DNA from: Candidatus Zixiibacteriota bacterium
GTDB taxonomy: Bacteria; Zixibacteria; MSB-5A5; GN15; FEB-12
Assembly (NCBI GenBank): GCA_041742355.1
Contig: JBGSIV010000062.1
Coordinates: 1 to 49,605, forward strand
Direction of reading: 5' to 3'
DNA: 49,605 nucleotides
Below the pieces are notes generated by a model. It was not told the origin of the DNA. It saw only the letters and a list, made by a program, of their open reading frames with translations, and searched no databases. The translations under genes and the position numbers were made by a program. Shown here piece after piece: positions 7,884 to 16,457 of the stretch. Numbering within the stretch: position 1 is the first letter of the stretch; every line of letters starts with the position of its first letter.

Positions 7884-9356
7884 TCAGTCGACCCGCTCCG
7901 GGTTGTTCCAGAGAAAGCGGGTGAGGCCGCGGTCCGTGCCGATCCAGAGAAAGTCACCATCCATGATGAGGGAGTAGACGGTATTCGATGCCAGGCCGTC
8001 GTCGACCGTGAACTCCCGCTTGAACGGCTTTTCGTCCGAGTGGAAGAAGATCGTCAGACCCTTGTCTGAGGCGACCGCGGCGATGCTGTCGTTGACTGCC
8101 AGTGCCCGTGGGTGGATCTTCTGCGTGATATCGTGGAACGATTCCATCTCGGCGGTTTCGGTGTCCAGTTCAACCAGCCCCGCGTCAGAAACAAACCAGA
8201 GCTTTTTCCCCGCCTGCTCGATATCGTAGACATCGCTAAACAGCACGCTCTCGTCGTCGGTTAACCGTTGCAGCCGGGCCGTCCCCGGCGTCAGTCGGAA
8301 TGCCCCGCTGCTGGCGCCGACCCAGAGGTGCTCGCCAACCGCTTCGATATCCCAGATTCGCTGTCCGGTGAAAGTCGTCGGAAAGACCCAGCCGAGGGAA
8401 TCGATCCCGCCCGTGACCATCGAAAGCCCTTCGCTGGTGCCGATGTACACCGTGTCGCCGGTGACCTCCAGCGACAACACGTTTTCGTCGAGTAACCCCT
8501 GCTGTCGGCCGATGGTGCGCTCCACCTCGCCGGATTCGCCGTCGAGGATGTACACTCCATTCGGCGTCCCGACATACAGCCTGCCCTCTTCCTCTTTGAG
8601 GACGTTTATGTCGACGGGTGGAAATTCCGGCCCGACCCCTGTCTCGATGTACCGGAAGGTGCCCGAGTCCGGATCAAATCCCGTGATGCCGGTGCGTCCC
8701 GGATCGACCGCCGCTCCCCCGATCCACAGGTATCCGCTGTCCATCGCCAGAGCGTTGACGCGACGCTGAAGGAGGCCGTACGGCATCAGTTCGAGGATCA
8801 GGTTCCCGGTGCGCGCCCGCGCCGGACCATAGCCCCAAACTCCCATCCAGAGCATGCCGCTGCCGTCATCGAGGACATCATTGATGAACCAGCGGCGGGC
8901 ATGCTGATCGATCAGCTCTCCTCCCGACATGTAGTTGAATCCCGGCGGAGCGTGGAGAATTGTCGGGGCCGACGCCGGGCTGGTGACCGGATTGGATTCG
9001 GGCTGGTCATTGGTCGGGAACCATGTCTCCAGCGCTTCGTCGAACAGATACATTCCGCTGAATGTCCTGGCGTAGAGCCTCACGCCGAACTGGTCGACCC
9101 AGATCTGCTCGATATCGTCGGCGTCCATGCCGGGAATGTCCGGCAGCGGCTCCTCCCAGGTCTTCTCCATTTGATTGTAAACGATGATTCCTTCGGTGGT
9201 GGCGAAAAAGACGCGATCCATGGAGGCCGCTATGCTCCGGACATAGGAATAGTCGGAGTAGGTAACGGCCTGACCCTGCGGGTAGAGAGCCCCGACGGGG
9301 CATGCCACGGTCAGAGAGAGGGCGATGAGGATGAGTACCGGCCAGCGGCGGTTCAT
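7884..9356 (-). CDS. Exported beta-propeller protein (two-component-regulator-propeller-like repeats)
   Basis: Signal peptide MNRRWPVLILIALSLTVAC; repeats LWIGTDRGLTRF, LYVGTPNGVYIL and GLASNTVYSL; ATG overlaps the upstream stop (ATGA). Confidence 0.8.
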   Translation of the reverse strand: MNRRWPVLILIALSLTVACPVGALYPQGQAVTYSDYSYVRSIAASMDRVFFATTEGIIVYNQMEKTWEEPLPDIPGMDADDIEQIWVDQFGVRLYARTFSGMYLFDEALETWFPTNDQPESNPVTSPASAPTILHAPPGFNYMSGGELIDQHARRWFINDVLDDGSGMLWMGVWGYGPARARTGNLILELMPYGLLQRRVNALAMDSGYLWIGGAAVDPGRTGITGFDPDSGTFRYIETGVGPEFPPVDINVLKEEEGRLYVGTPNGVYILDGESGEVERTIGRQQGLLDENVLSLEVTGDTVYIGTSEGLSMVTGGIDSLGWVFPTTFTGQRIWDIEAVGEHLWVGASSGAFRLTPGTARLQRLTDDESVLFSDVYDIEQAGKKLWFVSDAGLVELDTETAEMESFHDITQKIHPRALAVNDSIAAVASDKGLTIFFHSDEKPFKREFTVDDGLASNTVYSLIMDGDFLWIGTDRGLTRFLWNNPERVD

Positions 9357-10555
9357 GCCAGACCGCCTGCCAGGGCATCGGCGACCGAAGCCGCCAGGAG
9401 CGCCGTGCCGATCGGCAGCGCCGCTTCGTCGGCAATGAATTCCGGCGAGTGCCACGGTTTGTCCGCTTTGATCTTCTTGTTCATGACACCGAGACGAAAC
9501 ATCGCTCCCGGGACGATTTCCAGGTAGCAGGCGAAATCCTCGCCGCCGAGCATCGGCTCGGTCGTATCGATTCTGCCCGCTCCGAAGAGGAGTTCCATAT
9601 TCCGGGCCAGCACGCGGTTTGCCCGGGCATCGTTGTAGAGCACCGGGTAATCGGCGATCAACGCCATCTCGATCTCCGCGCCCCGCGCTTTGCCGACGTG
9701 CCGGGCCACCCGTCCGATCGATTTGGCCAGGTTCTTCGCCGTCGTACGCGACAGAGTACGGGCGGTGCCGGTCAAACGCACCTCATCCGCGATAACATTG
9801 CGGGCCACCCCTCCCGAAATCTTCCCAAATGTAATCGCTACCGGTTCGGTCGGGTCGGATTCGCGCGAGACCACGGTTTGCAGCGACTGGACCACCTCCG
9901 CGGCGGTGACGATGGCATCCACGCCGGTATGCGGACGCGCGGCATGCGCGCTCTTGCCCCGGACAATGAGATCAAAATCGGTGACTGAAGCCATTGTCGC
10001 GCCGTCGCGCAGACCGATGCACCCGGTTGCCAGATGCGGCTCGACATGCAGGCCGAAGATGGCTGTGGCATGGTTGAGCGCCCCGCTGGCGATCATCGGC
10101 CGTGCGCCACCGGGCGGCATCTCTTCGGCCGGCTGGAATATAAACCGCACCGTGCCGTCCAACTGATTCCGCAGTTTGCTCAGAACCGCCACCACTCCCC
10201 AGACCGTGGCCATGTGCATGTCGTGCCCGCAGGCGTGCATGCACCCGGGAGTTTTGGAGGCGAAAGGCAGCCCGGTCTGCTCGGTGATCGGCAGGGCATC
10301 GATATCGCTGCGCACCACCACCGTCCGCCCCGGCTTGCGGCCCGAAAGCTCCACCAGCAACCCGGTCGCCGTCTGCACCGGGCAGAGCTGTACGCCCAGT
10401 TTCTTTACCGCTTTGGTCAGCACCTCGGTCGTCTGGTATTCCTCCATCGAGATCTCGGGGTATTGATGCAGGTGACGGCGCAGCTTTACTTGCTCGGCGT
10501 TAATCTTGTGCGTCTCGGCAAGGATCGCGTCTTTCAGGTTCGCTGCATGAGACAC
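9353..10555 (-). CDS. M20D-family amidohydrolase
   Basis: RRHLHQYPE, RSDIDALP, MHACGHD, FQPAEE, GGEDF and WHSPEF motifs. GTG start at 10555 inferred; the ORF-track N-extension overlaps nfi. Confidence 0.93.
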   Translation of the reverse strand: MSHAANLKDAILAETHKINAEQVKLRRHLHQYPEISMEEYQTTEVLTKAVKKLGVQLCPVQTATGLLVELSGRKPGRTVVVRSDIDALPITEQTGLPFASKTPGCMHACGHDMHMATVWGVVAVLSKLRNQLDGTVRFIFQPAEEMPPGGARPMIASGALNHATAIFGLHVEPHLATGCIGLRDGATMASVTDFDLIVRGKSAHAARPHTGVDAIVTAAEVVQSLQTVVSRESDPTEPVAITFGKISGGVARNVIADEVRLTGTARTLSRTTAKNLAKSIGRVARHVGKARGAEIEMALIADYPVLYNDARANRVLARNMELLFGAGRIDTTEPMLGGEDFACYLEIVPGAMFRLGVMNKKIKADKPWHSPEFIADEAALPIGTALLAASVADALAGGLA

Positions 10556-10568
10556 TGGTGACTCGCTA

Positions 10569-11285
10569 TTATGAGGTGTGAGGCGAGCCCACATCATCGG
10601 TCCGCCTGTTTTCGAGGTTCCGCTTGTGTTTATTAGCAAACAAGTGGGCCAGCCGCAAAGGTTCCGGCAGACGGAACCCGCGCAGGTTGCGCACGACGAT
10701 GTCGCGCGCGGTGGCCAGGTCGCACTTATGCCCTGGTGAAATGAAGATTGGCTTGACATGATCCTTCGATCGGTAAGCCCAGCCGACCTCCTGGCCACCG
10801 AGCATGATCGGTTCCGCACTCCCCTTGGAATCGCCCACCGGGCGATGCCGACCGGCGAGAATCCTCCGGCAACAGCCGATCGAGGGTACGTCGAACAGCA
10901 CCCCGATCTGGCTGGCCATGCCGCATCGCCTGGGGTGCGCCACGCCGTGGCCATGGACAATAATGACATCCGGGGTGGACTTCAGACGCTCCAGCGCTTC
11001 GGTGATAGCCGGCCCTTCACGGAAAAACAGGAGGCCGGGAATGTAGGGGAACGGCGCGCGCGCGCGTGCGACTGTTCTTTCCACTTCTTCGATATCGGGA
11101 AATCTCGTGACAACAGCGGATGCGTAGACGTACTCGGCCCCGACACCGTACGCTGTGTCAACTGCGGCAACCAATTCCGGATCGTGAATGAAATTGAGCA
11201 GACTGACCGCCTTGGCCGTTTCAGCCAGTCGAGCTTCCGCCTCGGCTCGGTCGACCGGCCAGTTGGTGATGGGCCGATGATCCAT
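10569..11285 (-). CDS. nfi: Endonuclease V
   Basis: FPYIPGLLFFRE (PYIP wedge), GHGVAHPRRCGMA, PIFISPGH and LPEPLRLAH. Confidence 0.93.
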   Translation of the reverse strand: MDHRPITNWPVDRAEAEARLAETAKAVSLLNFIHDPELVAAVDTAYGVGAEYVYASAVVTRFPDIEEVERTVARARAPFPYIPGLLFFREGPAITEALERLKSTPDVIIVHGHGVAHPRRCGMASQIGVLFDVPSIGCCRRILAGRHRPVGDSKGSAEPIMLGGQEVGWAYRSKDHVKPIFISPGHKCDLATARDIVVRNLRGFRLPEPLRLAHLFANKHKRNLENRRTDDVGSPHTS

Positions 11286-11347
11286 CCGTATTCCCCTCCA
11301 TATGATTACACCCTTTAAGGTGTACCCGCCAAGATTCCTCTCCGGGT

Positions 11348-11377
11348 AGGATATGTCCCCTGCGGCGGGCCTGTCAA
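11348..11377 (-). promoter_or_regulatory. Sigma70-type promoter for nfi, TTGACA-N18-TATCCT
   Basis: Perfect -35 at 11377-11372 and -10 at 11353-11348. Confidence 0.55.
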
Positions 11378-11394
11378 GCGCGCGGATCGAATCT

Positions 11395-12309
11395 TTAGCT
11401 TGTCGGCTGCGGCACGCGGAGGCGGAAATACCCCCGGTGCGGATAGTCTCTCACCAGTTCTTCGAGTTGCGTCTGATTCAGCCAGGGGAAATTGCGGTCG
11501 AGTGACACCAATGGGATATGGAAATCGCAGGCATCGGGAGCCGGACAGCCCGTGGCCACGGCGTAGAGGCGGTCGCCGGTATCGTTGACCAGCATGTTGA
11601 GGATGACGAAGGCCTTTCCGGTCTTGCCGCGATCATCATGGCCGATAAGGAGATCGCCGGGCAGGGCCTGGTCGCCCGGGAGAGAGTCGCCGTTGGCGGC
11701 AAGGCTCTGGTAGGTCTGGTGCTGCATTGCCATGTTGAGAAACCGATAGAACTCAAGCTCACTGGAATCACGCTCCAGGGCCGGCACCAGCCGAGGGCTT
11801 CCCAGCGGGGAGAGTACTTCCTTACCTTTCAGCCAGGCGCCGTAGTCGAGCGTATCCCCGTCCCCCTTGGTCACGATCTGCATGCCGAACTCGGTGCGAT
11901 TGCGGCGGCAGAATTCGGCCAGTATCCGCAGCGGGAAGCCAAGATCCGTGTAGGTGGGGCCGCGCCAGGGGATGTGCACTACCCGTGAAACCTCGTCCTT
12001 CTCGAATGCCTTGCCCCCTTTCCAGACTCCGACGGCTTTGTACTGGTGCCAGATGGGAATTCGGGCTACCCAGTTCTGGTACGGCGTGAGGGCCGAGGAA
12101 TCGGGGCGGGAGAACCCCTCCGGGAAGGTGAATTCGCTTTCAAACGTGTAGATTGTGTCGGTCATACTGATGAACGGGTACTGCTCGTGGTACCACGCTA
12201 CCAGCGGGTTGGTTGAACCGGTATCGGCATCCGGCATCGGGGGTTGGGCCAGAATCGCTCCGCCACAGAGCGCCAGCGTCGCGGCAGCCGCCAACACAGT
12301 CAGTTTCAT
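11395..12309 (-). CDS. Exported DUF4846-like protein
   Basis: Signal peptide MKLTVLAAAATLALCGGAILA; FPEGFSR...YQNWVARIP and LPGDLLI...GKAFVILNM segments resemble DUF4846; ATGA overlap with the CMD gene. Confidence 0.65.
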   Translation of the reverse strand: MKLTVLAAAATLALCGGAILAQPPMPDADTGSTNPLVAWYHEQYPFISMTDTIYTFESEFTFPEGFSRPDSSALTPYQNWVARIPIWHQYKAVGVWKGGKAFEKDEVSRVVHIPWRGPTYTDLGFPLRILAEFCRRNRTEFGMQIVTKGDGDTLDYGAWLKGKEVLSPLGSPRLVPALERDSSELEFYRFLNMAMQHQTYQSLAANGDSLPGDQALPGDLLIGHDDRGKTGKAFVILNMLVNDTGDRLYAVATGCPAPDACDFHIPLVSLDRNFPWLNQTQLEELVRDYPHRGYFRLRVPQPTS

Positions 12310-12650
12310 TCGCCGTTCATCTCCTTCCAGGCCCGGGCGGCGCGGCGGATATGCGGAATCGTAATCGAACCGCCAACCACCAGCCCGATCGACATCACTT
12401 CATCGAATTCGGCGTCGGTTACCTGGTGCTCCTTCGCCTTGATACAGTGGTAGAGGATGCAGTCATCGCACCGAAGAACCAGCGATGCCACCAGGCCGAG
12501 CAGCTCCTTGGTTTTGGCGTCCAGCGCGCCGTCGCGGTAGACCGCGCTGTCGAGGGCGAAGAACCGCTTGATCTCGAGGTTCTCCCGCTCAAGGACTATC
12601 TCGTTAAGCTTCTCTCGCTCGGCCTTAAACTGTTGTACCCGTTCCGACAT
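12306..12650 (-). CDS. Carboxymuconolactone decarboxylase / AhpD-like protein
   Basis: GALDAKTKELLGLVASLVLRCDDCILYH (CxxC); ATG at 12650 with GGAG RBS. Confidence 0.88.
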   Translation of the reverse strand: MSERVQQFKAEREKLNEIVLERENLEIKRFFALDSAVYRDGALDAKTKELLGLVASLVLRCDDCILYHCIKAKEHQVTDAEFDEVMSIGLVVGGSITIPHIRRAARAWKEMNGE

Positions 12651-12814
12651 ACTTTTCTCCGATCTTTTTAGGGGCCAATATAGGCAGGGGAGAGGTTCTC
12701 CGCAATCCCTGCCGTTGGAACCCGGTGGCTGCCTCGGGGCGACCCTTCTGCACATGAAAAAGCGCCGGCAATCGACCGACGCTCTCTACCATCCTCGCCG
12801 GGGGCAGGGCATGA

Positions 12815-13885
12815 TCAAATTGATTCTCCCCGCGAATCCCCTGTCACCCGACGTTCATGGGCCAGCAGCCACTGCTTCCGCCATATTCCGCCGCCATAGC
12901 CGCAGAGTGAGCCATCCGCCCGGATTACCCGGTGACAGGGTATAATCAGGGCCAGGCAGTTGCGTCCGTTAGCCCGCCCGACCGCCCGGACTGCCCGCTC
13001 GTTCTTTAACCGGCTGGCCATCTCACTGTACGACCGGGTTGCCCCTGGTGGTATTGTCTGCAGCAGCCTCCAGACTTCCTCCTCAAAAGAGGAGCCGTGG
13101 ACAACCACCGGCACGGTGAACCGCAGCGATTTCCCCTCGAAGTAGTCCTTCAACTCCGCTGCAATCCTGGATAGGTGCCGGTTATCTCCAGGCACAACGA
13201 CACTCCCGGTGCGATGGCGAATATGCCCAATCTCGTTCTCCAGACCGCGGCGGTCGACAAACTCGAGCAGATGCAGGCCGTCGTTATCGGCCAGCGCCAG
13301 CATAGCCCCGAGCGGAGTATCGATCCACCGCGCGAACAGGCAGGCCACTTCCTCCGCCTTGCTCGGCTGAGTCCCGAAGACATCCTTAAAGGCTTCCAGA
13401 AATCCACTGGCCGATTCGTAGCCGTGGTCTATCTGCGCCCCAATCACCGATTCCCCGCCGCGGATCTCGTGCAGGGCCAGCCCCATCCGCCGCGCACGAT
13501 GGTAGGCGGCAAAGGTCATGCCGCAGTAGCGCTGGAACTGACGGCGGGCGGTCGACGGGTCTATGCCCAGCGCCCGAAGCTGTGCCCCGGTGACCTTACC
13601 GGCCGGCTCCTGCTCGACCAGCTCACGCAGTTTGCGCACCAGTTCGGGCGCCTGCTTCTCGTTTTCCAGTGGCTGGCACCGGGCGCAGGGGCGGTAGCCG
13701 GCATACAGGGCATCCTTTGAGCTGGGGAAATACTCGACATTCTCAGGTTTCGGCTTTCGGGCCGGGCAGGTCGGCCGGCAGAATATCCCGGTCGTCCTGA
13801 CCCCGACATAGAATACGCCCTCAAAGGTCGTGTCGCGATTCACCAGGGCGCGGTACATGACAGTCGACGACGGCAATCTCTCCAT
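12815..13885 (-). CDS. ada: Ada: bifunctional methylphosphotriester repair/transcription activator and O6-methylguanine-DNA methyltransferase
   Basis: TTGIFCRPTCPAR...YRPCARC Zn site, AraC-type HTH, and RAVGRANGRN...PCHRV active site. Confidence 0.95.
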   Translation of the reverse strand: MERLPSSTVMYRALVNRDTTFEGVFYVGVRTTGIFCRPTCPARKPKPENVEYFPSSKDALYAGYRPCARCQPLENEKQAPELVRKLRELVEQEPAGKVTGAQLRALGIDPSTARRQFQRYCGMTFAAYHRARRMGLALHEIRGGESVIGAQIDHGYESASGFLEAFKDVFGTQPSKAEEVACLFARWIDTPLGAMLALADNDGLHLLEFVDRRGLENEIGHIRHRTGSVVVPGDNRHLSRIAAELKDYFEGKSLRFTVPVVVHGSSFEEEVWRLLQTIPPGATRSYSEMASRLKNERAVRAVGRANGRNCLALIIPCHRVIRADGSLCGYGGGIWRKQWLLAHERRVTGDSRGESI

Positions 13886-13982
13886 ATAGACTCCTCAGCT
13901 TCGTGTTCATCGCTACGAAGCAATAATAGAGAACACCGCTCGGGGCTGCTTCCGAAATTGAGGCATCGAATTAAATCTCCAC

Positions 13983-15047
13983 TCAGCAAATGCGCGGCAG
14001 TTGTTCGCCCACCGGCATGTCGATAATCCGCTCGGCACCCAGCCGGGTGCGCAGCGTGACTGTACCGATGCGGTCGGAATGTACTTCGCCGATCAGCGCC
14101 GCCTGGTTTCCGAGCGGATGATTGCGTATCACCGTCAGGGCCCGTTCGGCTGCTGCCGCCGAAACGACCGCGATTAGTTTCCCCTCGTTGGCGACATAGA
14201 GCGGATCGAGACCGAGCAACTCACACGCTCCGGCCACCGGGGGATCGATCGGCAGGCTGTCCTCGAACAGGCGGATGCCGACATCGGACGCCGCCGCAAA
14301 CTCATTGAGCACCGCCGCCACCCCGCCCCGGGTGGGGTCACGCATGGCGTGAATCTCCCCGCCGATTGTGGCAATCAACTCGGCCACGAGGCTGTTGAGC
14401 GATGCCGTGTCGCTGGCAATCGAGGTTTCGAACGCCAGCCCCTCGCGTTTGGAAAGCACCGCCATACCGTGGTTACCTATCGCGCCGTTGATGAGGATCC
14501 TATCCCCCGGCTGGAGATTGTCGACTCCGATTCGATAGTTGTGTTCGATTACGCCGATTCCGGCGGTATTGATAAAGAGCTTATCCCCTTTTCCCCTGTT
14601 TACCACTTTCGTATCGCCGGTGACAATTTGTACGCCTGCCGCTACCGCCGCCCGCTGCATCGACTGGACGATCTTTTCAAGATCCTCCAGCGGCAACCCT
14701 TCCTCGATTATAAATCCTGCGCTCAAATACAGCGGCCTCGCGCCGTTCATGCACACATCGTTAACTGTTCCGTTCACGGCCAGATCGCCGATATCCCCGC
14801 CGGGGAAGAAGAGCGGGTCGACTACGAACGAGTCGGTCGAGAAAGTCAACCGCTGGCCGTTAATCTCGAGCGTGGCCTGGTCATCCCGGCGTCGAAGGAT
14901 TGGGTTATCGAATGCTTCGATAAACAACCGCCCGATCAGGTCGTTCATCAGCTTGCCGCCGGAGCCGTGCGAGAGCTGGATTGTCGAGTGTGCCGTGATC
15001 GGCAGGGGGCAGGCGGGGAATTCGTCGGGGTTGATCCGGTCGGTCAT
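13983..15047 (-). CDS. hypE: Hydrogenase maturation protein HypE
   Basis: HGSGG, STDSFVV, GDTKVV, MRDPTRGG, ANEGK and C-terminal LPRIC. Confidence 0.97.
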   Translation of the reverse strand: MTDRINPDEFPACPLPITAHSTIQLSHGSGGKLMNDLIGRLFIEAFDNPILRRRDDQATLEINGQRLTFSTDSFVVDPLFFPGGDIGDLAVNGTVNDVCMNGARPLYLSAGFIIEEGLPLEDLEKIVQSMQRAAVAAGVQIVTGDTKVVNRGKGDKLFINTAGIGVIEHNYRIGVDNLQPGDRILINGAIGNHGMAVLSKREGLAFETSIASDTASLNSLVAELIATIGGEIHAMRDPTRGGVAAVLNEFAAASDVGIRLFEDSLPIDPPVAGACELLGLDPLYVANEGKLIAVVSAAAAERALTVIRNHPLGNQAALIGEVHSDRIGTVTLRTRLGAERIIDMPVGEQLPRIC

Positions 15048-15055
15048 GGCTCGCC

Positions 15056-16153
15056 TCACTTCTTGACAGGCACACGGTGATATTTGTAGTAGGCGGCGCA
15101 GGCGCCCTCGGTGGAGACCATGGTCGCGCCCAGCGGGTTCTGCGGGGTGCAGCGCGTTCCGAACATCGGGCAGTCAGTCGGCTTCTTCAGCCCTTGCAAG
15201 ACCTGTCCGCTGATGCATTCTTTCGGCTCGGCAACCTGGATTTCCTCTACGCCGAAAAGTCGCTCCGCATCGAACGCGGCGTACTCCGGGCGCAGCCGCA
15301 GGCCGCTCTGTGGGATAGTACCGATTCCACGCCACTTGCGATCGGAGACCTCGTACACACTGTCCACCAGTTCACGGGCGTGCACATTGCCAAACTGCTG
15401 CACTGCCCGTTCGTAGCGGTTTTCAACACACCCCTCGCCCGTCTCAAGCTGTCTTACTACGGCCAGCACGCCGCTCAAAATATCGAGCGGCTCGAATCCG
15501 GTAACCACTACCGGCACATGGTATTTCTCGGCGATGGGACGGTACTCGTCCCAGCCCATGACCGCGCAAACATGCCCGGCCGCGAGGTACGCCTGCACCC
15601 GATTCTGCGGCGAGTCCAACAGCGCCATCATCGCCGGCGGCACGAGCACGTGGGATACGAGCACAGAGAAATTTGGCAGCCCTTCATTTTTCGCCTGACG
15701 GACCGCGATTGCCGTTGCCGGTGTGGTCGTTTCGAATCCGACCGCGAAGAAAACCACCTGGCGATCGGGATTCTCACGCGCCATCTTTACTGCATCGAGG
15801 GGAGAGTAGACAAAGCGCACATCCCCGCCCTCGGATTTCACCGTGAACAGGTCCTTCTTCGACCCCGGCACCCGGAGCATATCGCCGAACGAGGTGAAGA
15901 TCACCCCCGGCCGCGCGGCAATCGCCACCGCTTTGTCGATCAACTCCAGCGGGGTCACGCACACCGGACACCCCGGGCCGTGCACCAGTTCGATCTGCTT
16001 TGGCAGGAGTTGGTCGAGGCCGTTGCGGATGATCGAGTGCGTCTGCCCCCCGCAGATCTCCATGATCACCCACGGACGGCTCACCGTCCGCTCGATCTCC
16101 GCGAGCACTGCTTTCGCCCGCGCCGGATCGCGGAATTCATCGAGAAACTTCAC
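15056..16153 (-). CDS. hypD: Hydrogenase maturation protein HypD
   Basis: [30 protein letters not shown] and C-terminal Fe-S cysteines. Confidence 0.98.
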   Translation of the reverse strand: MKFLDEFRDPARAKAVLAEIERTVSRPWVIMEICGGQTHSIIRNGLDQLLPKQIELVHGPGCPVCVTPLELIDKAVAIAARPGVIFTSFGDMLRVPGSKKDLFTVKSEGGDVRFVYSPLDAVKMARENPDRQVVFFAVGFETTTPATAIAVRQAKNEGLPNFSVLVSHVLVPPAMMALLDSPQNRVQAYLAAGHVCAVMGWDEYRPIAEKYHVPVVVTGFEPLDILSGVLAVVRQLETGEGCVENRYERAVQQFGNVHARELVDSVYEVSDRKWRGIGTIPQSGLRLRPEYAAFDAERLFGVEEIQVAEPKECISGQVLQGLKKPTDCPMFGTRCTPQNPLGATMVSTEGACAAYYKYHRVPVKK

Positions 16154-16446
16154 GCCCCCTGATTCTCCTCTCCGGCATCTTTCAGCGGAAACCCGAAGGG
16201 GTCAAGGCCCTCTTCGGCATTCGCCGCTGCGATTTCGTCCCAAAGCTCCAGTGTTTTGCGGGCTTCCTCTTCGTCGACCACATTCAGGGCGAAACCGGCG
16301 TGCACGAGCACATACTGCCCGACCTGCACCTCCGGCACCGACACGAGGCAGGCTGTCTGCACGGTGCCGGCGTAGTCGATCCGGCCCATTTTCAGGCCGC
16401 CTTCGTCAAATATCTCAATCACTCTTCCCGGTATCGCCAGGCACAT
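16150..16446 (-). CDS. hypC: Hydrogenase maturation chaperone HypC
   Basis: MCLAIPG N-terminus and [18 protein letters not shown]. Confidence 0.96.
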   Translation of the reverse strand: MCLAIPGRVIEIFDEGGLKMGRIDYAGTVQTACLVSVPEVQVGQYVLVHAGFALNVVDEEEARKTLELWDEIAAANAEEGLDPFGFPLKDAGEENQGA

Positions 16447-16457
16447 ACTGCACTCCT

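Noticed and set aside
10556..10969. 138-aa N-terminal extension of the M20 ORF in the ORF track
   Set aside because: Overlaps nfi in another frame; M20 similarity begins near the GTG at 10555.
13921..13980. Possible Ada box upstream of ada
   Set aside because: Closest match (ATT-N6-GCAG) departs from AAT-N6-GCAA; too weak to call.
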